The notes beneath the pieces were generated by a model, which worked only from the letters and a program-made list of their open reading frames with translations, was not told where the DNA came from and ran no database searches. Positions 14,086 through 30,750 of a stretch of DNA of 64,000 nt are shown here, one piece after another. Source of the stretch: Eledone cirrhosa (Eukaryota); the NCBI GenBank assembly GCA_964016885.1, contig OZ024742.1:333374001-333438000 (forward strand), in the 5' to 3' direction. Within the stretch, counting starts at the first letter, position 1. The number at the start of each line of letters is the position of its first letter. Made by a program: the position numbers and the translations under genes.

Positions 14086-14332
14086 TATAAAATAAAACAA
14101 TTAAGTCAAATATGTAAAATTTGGCTTCGTTTATTATAACTTATAGATATACTGTTATATATATTTCTGTGACTGTCATCATTGGCTGTGACCTCTTCAG
14201 GCAGTCCGAATTGGTGTGGTAGAGACAGGTACACATGTAATTGAAGTGTGTTTTACTCAGTCAATACATCGATATGTCCAGCTCCTGGTTCTGTTGTTAT
14301 TTCTCTGAGGAACTGAAATCATATGATTCCAG
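14086..14332 (-). mobile_element. Family-1 PLE pLTR fragment with HHR at 14151-14205
   Basis: Consensus with 29352-29400 gives ACUGC-CUGAAGA-GGUCACAGCCA AAGA UGGCUGUGACC-GAAA-UAUAUA-UA-GCAGU. Confidence 0.75.
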
Positions 14333-14339
14333 TTCCTCA

Positions 14340-14430
14340 CTACTATATTTTATCGACCCTGTAAGGATGTAAGGCAAATTTAACCTCGGCAGGATCTGAA
14401 CTCAGACCGTAAAGGGACGTAACTCTATGA
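14340..14430 (-). mobile_element. tRNA-derived SINE fragment
   Basis: Reverse-complement similarity to the SINE at 52670-52853. Confidence 0.65.
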
Positions 14431-16189
14431 TGCAAAGAATGCTATGCATCTGGTGTTAAATACATCCCATACTGTCTAAGATATTAAGTCTAAATTATGT
14501 AGTCCTTAAGCAATGATAGATCTTTTCAAAATACTTACTAATTTATTCCCGTATGTGTGGTTTATTTTTGCATTTTTCTTAAGTATAAAATATTTCGATG
14601 AATATCAACCACTTGGTTACTGACACTATACAAAACGTTTGTCAAAGCAGGCAACGCTGAAATTTTTAGAAGTGTTTTTACAATCATGAAGTCAAGGTTT
14701 GGATTTAACTGCTTGGCATTTCGAGCAAGTTTTATTTACTATATCCTTGGGTGGAGCCAAGCCTTGTGAATGAAATTGCTTAGACAGAAACTGAAAGCGT
14801 GTCACTTACGGTGTCATGCTCAATCAACTTTGGAATAATGATAAGGATATACGTGTCTGGGGGTAACTCAAACATGTACACATTAATTCACAACTCGTAT
14901 GTTTAGTTGATCGAACTTCTGAAGGACTATAGTCAAAAGTGACGGGGGAACCATAATTCAAACCGTCATTCCAATACTTGAGGAAACATAAATTTCAAAA
15001 CATCTACTTTACGTTAAAACCAGTTGTTCCTTATTCCATATAATGTATTATATGTTAATATCTTAAATTTAAGACGTCTGAATATATGGAGCAAGCAATT
15101 CAGCGCAGAGTATTTAGGAAAAACAACTTCAGCACGTTTGCTTTCGATTATATTTCATGATTTTGTATTATTTTATTTTGGCAGTTTTCTGGTTAAAGCA
15201 AAATCATAATACAGAGGGTTAAGACACAATTCAAAATTATAGTGCATATATCAAATTCATATCACCTAGCTCAAAGCATTCATTGCAAGTGAGCTAAGAG
15301 AATTCATTTGCAGAATTAGAATACGAACGTGATTACAGGCAAAGCAGTACAGCTCTAGCATGTGTGTATTATATAAATACAAGCTACAAGTATATCTATC
15401 GAACATAGAGAAAAAGGTCAGCATAATCGAAATAAATTATTTACAATTGAAACAACCGGTAAACTTCAGTGCATGTAAATTATGCAAACAGTTAACGTAA
15501 AAGAACTTCAGTGTTAGTTTTACGCAGCACATAGTGTGAATACTGAAGAGAATCCATGGGACCAGGAATTTCTGATGGATTTGTAGTTTCATGAGCATTT
15601 TATACCTGGCGGCACCCATCTCTCTCCATGTCTGAGCCCAGTCAAAATGTTTCGCATTTCAAACGTTAATCAATAGTTCCGACGGATTGCATACGAAAAC
15701 CGTTTATCATAGAAATACATCCCACCATGTTGTATTATCTGTTGTTGTCATGTGCCAGAATATCGATTCCACGCTGATTTACAGGCAAAAAAAAAACCTG
15801 CATCCGTTTTCAACCACATACACATTGTCGGACCTCCATCCGCGTAGGAAATGAGAGATGGCGACGAAAAGGCGGTAATCTCTCCCTAAAGTTTGTGCTT
15901 GGTAACATTGGCAGTGTGTGCCGGGGTATTTTCATACTGTAGTTGTGCGCGTCATCGATTGACCGAAGTCGGGCAGCGGGCTTTCAAAACATCATATACA
16001 GACTGTAGTGTTTTATCATAAAGGACAATGACCTTCTGGGATGATCTCAAAATGTAACATCCCCTCGAAATACCACTAAACATTAAACAACACCTTCTAT
16101 TAAAACCACCCTTATCTGACAACAGGTTCTGAAGCCTGGTCGGAAGGAAGCCATTGATTTCTCATTAGGATGACGGCGCCAACATCGAG

Positions 16190-16590
16190 CATCTCGACAA
16201 TTTCCCATCAATTGTTAGCAAATTTTCACATATCGTTGGGCCTGGCCATTGCTTAGTTTAACAGGAATTTCTTGACAGCGTCTCTTCACATGGCCGAACT
16301 TAGAGAGGTGGCGATTGATGGTGCTTTGTAACAGACCATGTCCTGGAAGCAATATAGCAGTGGTTATGCTTGGCTGTTGTTCAGCCAGTTCATGCAAGGT
16401 CTAATTTCCAAAACAGATTGTCTCCCTATCATTGGTTTGTTTTCGAGGTTGGTGCCGCCTTCCATCAAGTGTCTGAACCATTTTTGCTCCATACATTCGT
16501 TACTGGGCCTTCCACAATCAATTTTTTCTTTCGCTGCCTTTTGCACAAGTAGCGTAAAATGGTTCTAATTAGAATTGTTTGACATGCATT
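16190..16590 (-). pseudogene. Decayed mariner-like transposase N-terminal HTH region
   Basis: QKWFRHLMEGGTNLENKPMIGR...STINRHLSKFGHV...IPVKLSNGQAQRYVKIC resembles the mariner WF..F..G..LED.PR.GRP / WVP..L motifs. Confidence 0.65.
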
Positions 16591-16770
16591 ATCGAAGCTG
16601 TAAAAAATAGAATAAACTATGTTTATATTCTCTATATAGTAAAATAATTAATACACAATTCAGCAAGGATTGCACAAATTGTATCAAATTAATGATATAT
16701 CATGAAGATACAAGTTGCCAAAAATCATGAGTGAGAATCCGAAAAAAGCTTTTGACTCAACATGGTACTT

Positions 16771-16914
<144 letters not shown>

Positions 16915-18496
16915 GTGGGTTAATAAGAATACTGAACTAATACATTATTAGATATTGACATCGAAAGGAGGAAATGAAAATTTGACCATGACAGAGAACT
17001 GAAACGATCACGCGTAACATTTTATTCGACGTTCTAACCACACTGCCATTTCAAGCCACATGGAAATCTTTACATTTCGTTTAAAAAATAAAGTCAAGTA
17101 AAAGCCATAAAATCCACTCATCAAAATAGAAGAAACAACATGTTGTTGATTGAACACTGGAGTGTACACCATCCTACTCAAAACCACTCCCTGTTACTGT
17201 TCATATAAACATAACTACTGGCATCACTGTCTTCAACTAATGCTCGCGTCTTCAATTCACTCAATGGTATTACTACCTCTACATTGAAAGGGTGTATGAC
17301 AAAATTAATATCGGCAAAATGTGACATTATAGCGTAAGGATTCATAACAGACATGAAAGGCGCTTTTTCCGACATTTACATACTGTACCAACAAGCTTCC
17401 CCTAATTAGGTTATAATACAAACCAAGAAATGTTAATATCTATACTAGAACCATAAACAACCATATTGGAAAGACAAAATGCCACAGGAAGACTGCATGA
17501 CTAAATATAAAAATAAAATAAAATCAAGAGGTGGAGTTGGACATATATAGGAACTAAAAACCAGATTTTCATTTCTATCTGACTCATGTTTCTGTAGGAC
17601 ATGGGATTTTATTGATATAACCTCTAGTTAGAATTCTAAAGACACAATCGTAACCTCACCAATGCTATCATATTACATCAAATCGCTATCTCCACCCATC
17701 CGGCATCTTGGGTTTTGTTGTTGTTGCTTTCATGTATACACACGCATACACACACTCACATACACACACACACATACACACGCATACACACACATACACA
17801 CGCATACACACACTCACCATTCTCTCTCGCTCGCTCTCTCTTATTCGTTCGCTTTCTCTCTCTCTCTCACCCCCCCCCCCCGCTCTCTCACATATATAGT
17901 ACTTAATAGTCATTTCCACCTCGTGGCCTTTCATTACATCACATCCGTCTTTACACCTGCCAACACCTCTGCTACTAGGCATGTGTTTTCTGTATATTAC
18001 TAATAGATGTATATATCTTCTGAAAATAAGTAGCTGTGTATATGAGAGTATGAGAGAACATTCTTAGTGTTTCCTCTTGAGGGGTTTCAAATATGTCCTC
18101 GTGTTTCGTTGTATGTTTACTTGTGTATGCGTTTATACGAGTGTTTTAGTGCGTGTATATCTGTGTTTATGCGTATGTTTGGGTACCTGCATGTATATGT
18201 GTGTATATATGCAGTGCATTAAAAAAAAATATATATGTATGCGTTCTTAAAGTTACGAATATAAGTGCAAATGTAAGCATGTCTCGTCGTGTATGTATAT
18301 GCATATGTTTGTATATATGCATGTGTATGTCAAATTCTATGTGGGTATATGTGTAGCGGTGTATGCACATGTATAGGCTTAGCGAAATCTATATGTTTTA
18401 GTATGGGTGCAAAGTTAGGCGTCCATGTTTTTCATTTTAGCCGTAGCCCTTGCAATTATGAATGTGTATTTGTTTAAACGTGTATGTATGTATATA

Positions 18497-18615
<119 letters not shown>

Positions 18616-18864
18616 GTGTGTGGGAGGGGGGGCGTGTGTGCGTGCGTGCATCTATGTGTGGTGTGTTTTCTGATTATTTGCACAAGGATATTACGAAATA
18701 GGACAACAGTTAACATATATCAAGATTGATTTTTCATTATCACACGCACACACACAAGCATGCTCCATGCCATGTATATACATATTTACATACATATATA
18801 TATACACACACACACATTATATACATACACGTATAAACAAATACACATTCACAATTGCAAGGGG

Positions 18865-18898
<34 letters not shown>

Positions 18899-18924
18899 AA
18901 TGGAATAGAATGAAACGAAATTAG

Positions 18925-19101
18925 GCTGAGCAGCCTAATTTGCATATCGAGTGAGTTCAGTCGGCTGGGCGCACCGAAAACGATAAATGGAATAGGATGA
19001 AACGAAATTTCATTTCTCACTCTTAGTACGGCACTTACTTAAATGTAAGTATGTATGTATGTATACGTACATACATATATGTATATAGACGTAGAGTAGT
19101 A
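18925..19101 (-). mobile_element. Partial copy of the ~440-nt HHR repeat unit
   Basis: Reverse complement of ~54297-54474. Includes the ATGCAAAT octamer but no HHR. Confidence 0.8.
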
Positions 19102-19706
19102 TTAATCTAGTAACGCTGATGAGCAGTATGACCGGTACGCTGAGTGTAGGGAATGAATGTATTGCAGGTGGCGGATGGGTTGTACATATATGGATGATTT
19201 GATGGTCAGATTGGAGTCATGAGGACTGTGGATTGACCTCTGGTCGGCCCTGGTGATGATTATCTTCCGACATCCAATGTAGCAAGCGATGACCCAGAAC
19301 TTACCAGAGATCATTGTGTGTTGAAGTGATTCTGCAATCACCGCGCCTGGTCCTTTGAGTAGACTGCAACCACAGAGATCATTAATTTAGAATCCTCGCT
19401 CGTCGTCTATAATATTCATTTGTGGCACCCTAGGATGGGGGTTAATTCACCATAATAATACGAACACCTTCAGCACAACTTAATAGACTACTCTATAGTT
19501 AAAACACTTTAAATTTTAGAAATTTTTTTAGAAATTGCGCATAACCATATAAGGTAGGGTCTATTTTGAGACACATTTTAATAGTTAGTAATAGAAACCT
19601 CTGAGTTACCTCCCCTCATGCATTAACTCCCCTTAGCCACACACACACTTCCGGGTAGTATTTCGATGTCGATTCTCGAAACGTAACATCCTCCTGTATT
19701 GAACTA

Positions 19707-20382
19707 AACACTTATATGACCTCCTTTTCACCCAAGAGACATACAGATACATATGCAAATATTCTGGGTCAACATTCATTACAGCATTTAGAGTGGCAGT
19801 ACACACTTAGAGATTACATTCATATTAAAAGATACAATGAACTAAAGAACATCAGACTACGATTCTCTAACTGGATTGTCAAACGCTCAATATCGAATCG
19901 TCGTGGATTATGTGAGGGGCATATAATCTGAAAAATACGATCCCCAGACTATGAAAATGTCGAAGTGCATGAAGTTCATATCATCGCTTCGCTGCGCATT
20001 TCCAATATTTTTAATGCTTACACTATTTTTAATGCTTATATTATTTCTCCACACACAGACTATAACAATCGTATAAAGAATGTGTCACCAGATCAACCAA
20101 CCTAACACCCTTGTTTACCTGCTTAAGTGCTTCTACTACACGTAACTCTCTGCCACACTATATAAACAAGACGCACGTGCTTGCCACACATATAACCTTT
20201 GCACTATATAACCGCTTATTTTCATGTTGTATTTTAACCTGTATTTTTGATTGTATCTTTTAATATGAATGTAATCTCTAAGTGTGTACTGCCACTCTAA
20301 ATGCTGTAATGAATGTTGACCCACAATATTTGCATATGTATCTGTATGTCTCTTGGGTGAAAAGGAGGTCATATAAGTGTTC
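19707..20382. repeat. ~130-bp inverted repeat with ~410-bp spacer
   Basis: 19707-19838 is nearly the exact reverse complement of 20250-20382. Confidence 0.85.
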
Positions 20383-20649
20383 ATTCAATAATAAATTGCT
20401 CCGAACAATCCAAACCTCGGTTTGGAGGAAACAGTTGTAAGCATAAAAATGTTTTGAACAGTTCTTTGATTCTTATAATTCATATAACTGCTCTGTAAAT
20501 CATCTGATGTTTTTACATTGAGCTACTTAACTTACTGGTAATAAGGTAGTAATATATTACTGCCTACCACTATTTAGGGTTTGTATAAAAATATATATAA
20601 ATGCAAAAGGTTTTTGTATTTACATAACCATAAATAGTATAGTTAATAC

Positions 20650-20690
<41 letters not shown>

Positions 20691-20694
20691 ATAT

Positions 20695-20779
<85 letters not shown>

Positions 20780-20934
20780 TATATATATATATCTATATAT
20801 ATATATATATGTAGAAGGTGAGTTTTATTGTAGTACAATAAAGCAATGCAGATATCGGATAAGAAGCACTCTACAGTTTGTAGGACTGGAGTATACATAA
20901 TATAAGATCAAAAGATGGTTAAAGGAGTTCCATG

Positions 20935-21006
20935 TATTTTATTATGCGCATTTCAAAAACAAACATCATCATGCAATAATATTTGTGTTTTCATCAGATA
21001 AAACAG
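20935..21006 (-). ncRNA. Type I hammerhead ribozyme in 3' pLTR
   Basis: GUUUUAU-CUGAUGA-long AU-rich stem II-GAAA-UGCGCA-UA-AUAAAAU, with palindromic stem III. Confidence 0.75.
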
Positions 21007-21100
21007 GAGAACATGATATGAAGGCTAAAAAACACTTGTGGATAGTGCAGTTTTAAATCAACATATGAAAAGTGGTTTTAGATTGATGTGTGATATTGGG

Positions 21101-21510
21101 AAAAATATTTTATTTAGAGAGGGGGGGTGGAAAGGATGAAAAAGGGGAGGAGATGAGAGGGAGAGATGGGTGACAGAGAGAAAGAGATAGTTTTTATAAC
21201 TGAGAGGAGATATATTGTTTTACATAGAGAGGTTGAAAACCGTTGGAAGATAATGTATGAATTAAAAAAAATTTGAAAATTAACGAAGGGAGGATATGTG
21301 CGAGGAAAAATATTTTATTTAGGGAGGGGGGGGGGGTGAAAAAAGGGGGAGGAGATGAGAGTGAAGGTGGAGAGGGAGAGATGGGTGATAGAGAGAAAGA
21401 GATAGTTTTTATAACTGAGAAAAAGATATATGGTTTTTCATAGAGAGGTTGAGAACCGTTGGAAGATAATGTATAAAAAATTAAAGGAATTTGAAAATTA
21501 ACGAAGGGAA
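21101..21510. repeat. ~205-bp tandem duplication in family-2 3' UTR
   Basis: 21101-21305 is similar to 21306-21510. Confidence 0.8.
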
Positions 21511-22030
21511 TTTATGTATGAAGATAGAGAGAAAAAATAATAATTGTGGATGAATATTCTAACGTCAAAAAAAGTGTATGTTCATAAGTATTGTGGCAAT
21601 TTCAAAATTAACGAAGAGAAAAATTATTAAGGTTTGTGTGTAGAAGGATTTGAGAAAAATAATGTGAAGTTAAAGTTTGTATATTGAAGGAATTGATAAT
21701 ATATGCGAATAAAGAGTTGATATGTATTAAGAATGAGTTCGTTGATGTGGAGAAAAAAATAATAAATTAAGGATGAAATTGAGATTAAAAGATTTATGAT
21801 AGAGAGAAAAAATAATAATGATTGTGGATGAATATTCTAACGTCAAAAAAAACAAATGTATATGTTATGAAGGATTTTACAAGGTGAAGATAGAATGAGG
21901 GTAATGAGTAAACAAGTATTATAGAGTGTATAATGCCCTTTAAAGTAAGGTAGGAAGATGGGTATATTTTAAAGAGGTGTATGTATATGTGCCTTTGTGA
22001 AAAGATTCTAAATTGATAAAGAATTGAATA

Positions 22031-24433
22031 TTAACTATATACTTTGTGAAAAGTCCTATGGAATTTATGCAGGCAGATAGAAAACAAATCTGTACGTCTA
22101 TTTATTATAGAATCTAGGTTAGAGATAATGGTAAATTTTTCATTTAGGCAGAGATTACAGATTTTAGATAGAGAGCTGTTCAAGTATGAGGATGCAGAAG
22201 AAACCTTCTTCCAAAAGATGGTATATTTAATGTTTTTGTCTTTTAAGGACCATATGAGTTCTGAGAGAGCAGTGTTGGTTCTTTTAAGTTTGTATTTGAA
22301 AGATGAATGATGATTATAGAGACGAGCTTTAAAAGAGGTGGAAGTGGAGCCAAAATAGGTGAAGGAATTGGTGCTAGTTATAATTTTACATTCATAAATT
22401 AAGTTTTTATCGAGACAATGGTTGTTGAGAGGACATTTATTTTTAATGCGGCAGTTGCAATTAGAGAGATTATTAATGAGTGACCTAGTGTTATCTATAG
22501 AAGGAATTGGATTGGAGAAGTTGTTTGCGATAGGAATAATAGGAATAATAGTTTCTTGATTTAGAGTTGGATTATGAACATTTAGCGAAGTTGTGTTTGA
22601 CGTTGTATTTGGGTTTACAGAAGTTAGCCTAGGGTTTACAATGACGTCGGGAGTACTATTACTGTTATTATGAAATTCAATGCTGGAAGGAAGAGATTTA
22701 GTATTTAGTATTTTATTGTTGTGTTTAGAGATGATGTTGGAAATATTGGAGGATGTAGAATAAGAAAATTTGATGGTGTGTTTGTTAAATATTTTACTAT
22801 AGATATGTGAGGGAGGGAAGCATTTATTTAAGGCACTAAAAAATAATTTAGGAATATTGTTATTAATAGAGATGGAGAAAGGAGCATTATACCAGATTAT
22901 GTTTTTGTATCTAGGTCTTTTATTAAAATTATTGGAATGATCATGATTAATTATTCTACTGTAAGTTTTTCTAGAATTTGTTTCTTTACTATATTTGATT
23001 TTATCTGGATAGCCGGCTTTAGAAAATGCGTTATTATAGTAATTGGCGTTAGCATCAAAGATGTTTTTATTAGAGGATATGTTAGATATTCTTTTTCCAA
23101 TATTACTAACTATAGCATTCTTGATATTGGTAGGATGGTTAGATTTAAAGTTAACATAATTTAGGTTCTCATTGTTTTTATGGTAAGGGTAATATAGGCC
23201 AGTGTCAAGATTAAGAGATACATCCAAGAAATTAGCTAGTTTGATACTATTATCAAATTCAATTTTTAGGTTATGTTGGTTAAAGAGATTACGTATATTG
23301 TTCTTAATAATATTAAGGTTAACTATATTGCAATTTAGGATAGTAAAGAGTCCATCGTCACGATAAATTCCACCGCGAAGTTGAGGAATTTTCCGACTCA
23401 AAGAGTTCAAAATGAAGATACCAATTAAATCAGTCAATTGGGATGAATCGGATGCTCCCATTGTGATGTCGAAGTTGTTAGAGGTATCGGCTCTGGTCCA
23501 ATATTCGTTGTTGAACTCTAGGATGGTTTTACGTGCGGTGAGGATGATGTGAAGTTCATCTGTGGTGATGTCAGAATATTTAAGTGCGAAAGATAGAGCA
23601 TTATTGAGAAGTGAAGGCGAAATGGAGGAATAGTAGCTGGCAATATCAAATTGAATAAATTTTAGTTTGTTTTTATTATCCAATTTGTTGAACCAGCCAA
23701 TCACCTCAGAAGTACCAAACCATAAATTTAGGTTCAAAGAAGAGCAATTAGAACTAACCTGTGGGATAATTCTATCCAAGATGGCTTTACTAACAACCTC
23801 CAGATCAGATTTAGAGGGGGCGATTAATCTAAAAGGTAGTTCAGTGCGAAAATTGTTTTTGTGATCCTTGAGATTTATCCTCGGAGTTCTTGGGAGGAAT
23901 GGTTCGGTCTTTTTTTCAATGCCAAGTTTTGACATAATCTCAGAGGCTTCAAGGTTTATGTATTCTAAATTTTCATGGTTGGTTTTACGATACTTTTTCC
24001 TAAGTTCCTTTAGGATAAGGTTGTTATAATTATCCTTGGAAATACCATATAAGTTATTGGTTTTGTCAGAGTGGACTAAAACATTTTTTGAGGAATTTAG
24101 GTTAGAGATTGTGTTCTTGAGATTTACAAGGTGCTCTTGTCCTTTGTAAGGGTATCTCTTGAATTTAAGATTTTTTATTATTTTAGTTAATTCTTCCTCG
24201 AATTGTACTAGATTTTTGTTGGAAGGAGGATTTCGTCTAGAATTAAAAAGATGATCGAGGAAGTTATGTTCTTTGGTATGGAAGTTCCCTTTTAGGCGCT
24301 GGTCATAGAAATAGGCTGTCCATCTAAGTCTTCTTACGAAGGAGTCAGTTTTTTCAATAAGAAGTTTGGTGAATTCAGATTTACCAGGTATAGGAATGTC
24401 TTTAGTTGAATTGGTTATGTTGTAATAATCCAT
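22031..24433 (-). CDS. PLE reverse transcriptase with C-terminal GIY-YIG endonuclease (~800 aa)
   Basis: Uninterrupted ORF, likely starting at ATG 24433 (MDYY..STKDIPIP). Motifs: FIQFDIASYYSSI, MGASDSSQLTDLIG, GGIYRDDG, FLD, WYNAPFS, CNC..CPL..CL..LIY..YFG.T..FKAR..H, CNLCLNEK, C.H. Confidence 0.95.
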   Translation of the reverse strand: MDYYNITNSTKDIPIPGKSEFTKLLIEKTDSFVRRLRWTAYFYDQRLKGNFHTKEHNFLDHLFNSRRNPPSNKNLVQFEEELTKIIKNLKFKRYPYKGQEHLVNLKNTISNLNSSKNVLVHSDKTNNLYGISKDNYNNLILKELRKKYRKTNHENLEYINLEASEIMSKLGIEKKTEPFLPRTPRINLKDHKNNFRTELPFRLIAPSKSDLEVVSKAILDRIIPQVSSNCSSLNLNLWFGTSEVIGWFNKLDNKNKLKFIQFDIASYYSSISPSLLNNALSFALKYSDITTDELHIILTARKTILEFNNEYWTRADTSNNFDITMGASDSSQLTDLIGIFILNSLSRKIPQLRGGIYRDDGLFTILNCNIVNLNIIKNNIRNLFNQHNLKIEFDNSIKLANFLDVSLNLDTGLYYPYHKNNENLNYVNFKSNHPTNIKNAIVSNIGKRISNISSNKNIFDANANYYNNAFSKAGYPDKIKYSKETNSRKTYSRIINHDHSNNFNKRPRYKNIIWYNAPFSISINNNIPKLFFSALNKCFPPSHIYSKIFNKHTIKFSYSTSSNISNIISKHNNKILNTKSLPSSIEFHNNSNSTPDVIVNPRLTSVNPNTTSNTTSLNVHNPTLNQETIIPIIPIANNFSNPIPSIDNTRSLINNLSNCNCRIKNKCPLNNHCLDKNLIYECKIITSTNSFTYFGSTSTSFKARLYNHHSSFKYKLKRTNTALSELIWSLKDKNIKYTIFWKKVSSASSYLNSSLSKICNLCLNEKFTIISNLDSIINRRTDLFSICLHKFHRTFHKVYS

Positions 24434-24637
24434 GTTGTAGAAGAAGAGGTGAAGGACCATCAAAAGGTATCCAATATGAGAGTAAGCGCTCAACCGTTAA
24501 GGAGCAAGTTAATGTAGGAGGTGAGTTTTATTGTAGTACAATAAAGCAATGCAGATATCGGATAAGAAGCACTCTACAGTTTGTAGGACTGGAGTATACA
24601 TAATATAAGATCAAAAGATGGTTAAAGGAGTTCCATG

Positions 24638-24709
24638 TATTTTATTATGCGCGTTTCAAAAACAAACATCATCATGCAATAATATTTGTGTTTTCATCAG
24701 ATAAAACAG
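24638..24709 (-). ncRNA. Hammerhead ribozyme in 5' pLTR
   Basis: Same as 20935-21006, but stem III reads CGCGCA. Confidence 0.65.
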
Positions 24710-24836
24710 GAGAACATGATATGAAGGCTAAAAAACACTTGTGGATAGTGCAGTTTAAATAAAATATATTTCCCAATATCACACATCAATCTAAAACCAC
24801 TTTTCATATGTTGATTTATATAGATATATATAGATA

Positions 24837-28784
<3,948 letters not shown>

Positions 28785-29160
28785 CATGATCGTTTGGTAA
28801 ATCACTGATGAGGGACTCATTTTATAACATGTTATCCATGTGCAACCAGCAGTATTGTTCTCACCCATATTTTCATATATATATATATGGGTTGACCTTT
28901 TCGCATCTGCATTCTATCATTGCACACGGCACTGGACAAAATTGCTTCTTTATCATTCACTCTCATATCGGGAACAATTTTGAATAGCGCCAGTTTGTGA
29001 TGTGAACTAGGGAATTGTATATTCTCCGTGTGAATATAACCCTCTTACTTGAGTCTTCCTTTTCAATGGATATCCGCATAGATTATCCATTTATTTTGAG
29101 ACTTGAAACCGTACGGTAAGGGTAATTACAGCATGTATGGAGAACTTTTTAAAATTTATT

Positions 29161-29203
<43 letters not shown>

Positions 29204-29208
<5 letters not shown>

Positions 29209-29415
29209 AGTATATGTTGGTTGTATACCAACACCTCAGTATGAAGAGTGGAGCACTCGACGAAGTGCGCAGGTTGGTTTGGTTACTCCGGAGAAATGTA
29301 AAATAAAATAAAATAAATAAGTCAAATGTTTAAAATTTGGCTTCGTTTATTACTGCTATATATATTTCGGTCACAGCCATCTTTGGCTGAGACCTATTCA
29401 TCTTTGGCTGCGACC
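29204..29415 (-). mobile_element. Solo family-1 pLTR 3' end, truncated within its HHR
   Basis: Matches 5183-5212, 14086-14200 and the reverse complement of 40170-40294. Confidence 0.8.
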
Positions 29416-30032
29416 GATAGCTAATAAGCTTAAAAATAGTACGGCGTTCCTTTGTCAGTGTTGAACAAATGAGCAACGATGGTTGCTAGACACTGTACGG
29501 CTTAATTCGGGATGTTTGTTTACAAACACACCGAGCATTATAATAAATATTCGGTGAATCTATACGTACATATATATATGTGTGCATGTATGTATACATA
29601 TATATATACATACTACTGTACGTCTGTATATATATATGTATGTACGTATACATACTTATATATAAGTAACAGCCGTACTAAGAGTAGGAAATGAAATTTC
29701 GTTTCATTTTTTTCCGTTTATCGTTTTCTGTACCCCGGCCGATTAACTCACTCGATATGCAAATTAGGCTGCTCAGCCGTTAATATGCATAAGGGGAGTA
29801 TATACTTTCAGACGTTCAACCATCTGGCAGGAAGGTATACGTTGCTGACGATAGATAATAAGGTTGAAACTAGTACAGTGTTCTTTGTCAGTGTTGAACA
29901 AATGAGCAACGATGGTTGCTAGACCTTGTACGGCTTAATTCGGGATGTTTGTTTACAAACACACCGAGCATTATAATAAATGTTCGGTGAATCCATACGT
30001 ACAAATATATATATGTGCATGTATGTATATAA

Positions 30033-30071
<39 letters not shown>

Positions 30072-30115
30072 CTACTGTACGTCTGCATATATATATATGT
30101 ATGTACGTATACATA

Positions 30116-30119
<4 letters not shown>
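29415..30119 (+). mobile_element. Retrozyme-like tandem repeat (~1.6 x 434 nt) with minimal HHR
   Basis: 29415-29660 recurs at 29849-30119. HHR at 29839-29881. Confidence 0.8.
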
Positions 30120-30181
<62 letters not shown>

Positions 30182-30489
30182 AAAGAAAAGTATAGAAATG
30201 ATTGTAGCAAGTATAGAAATGATTGTAGTATTCCATAATATATATATATGTTATATATATATATATATATCATCAAAATCATCATCATTTCACGAAAAGT
30301 GGACCTAAAATGATGATGATGATGATGATGATATATATATATTTATATATATATATCTTTGAACGTATATATTCTATTTGTACATATACATTTCGAGGGA
30401 AATGGTAACCTGGGAGTATCATATCCGTCGACACTAGAATTGATAAGGAATTGGATAACACTGGAAAGAACATGTGACCAGCATTGGAT

Positions 30490-30750
30490 TCCTCGAGAGA
30501 CCCAATACCACCAGTATCGAGGTTACTCTTATGAAGATAAAGCTGCGCTGGGTTCGGCATGTCTCCTGAATGGTAGAACTTCGGCTGTTAAAGATAGTCC
30601 TCTACGGAGAATTGTCTTCCGGCAGTCGAAACTGCGGTGCGACCAAGAAGCGGTGTAAAGAATTGTTTAAAAAAGAACATGAAAATATGTAACATCAACA
30701 CCCAGCAACGGAACTCCTTGGCTGCTAACGCATCATCTAGAAGGTTACCC
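30490..30750 (+). pseudogene. RTE-clade LINE C-terminal relic
   Basis: SIEVTLMKIKLRWVRHVS*MVELRLLKIVLYGELSSGSRNCG..KKR resembles the RTE LRW.GH..RM...R.PK..LYGEL motif. Confidence 0.7.

Larger units (their letters stand above)
20809..24818 (-). mobile_element. Full-length Naiad-type Penelope-like element (family 2) in a (TA)n tract
   Basis: pLTRs at 20809-21053 and 24512-24756 (two substitutions seen). 5' inversion 24757-24818 is the reverse complement of 21054-21115. Intact ORF, with TA on both sides. Confidence 0.95.

Noticed and set aside
17178-17375. Possible host exon
   Set aside because: It is short, with no recognisable domain or clear splice context, so it cannot be supported.
22031-24433. 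Selenocysteine recoding as reported for some Naiads
   Set aside because: There is no in-frame TGA in the intact ORF and I recognised no SECIS.
24434-24493. N-terminal 20 aa of the 820-aa track ORF
   Set aside because: It starts at a TTG inside the junction hairpin. Homology with the other families begins near ATG 24433.
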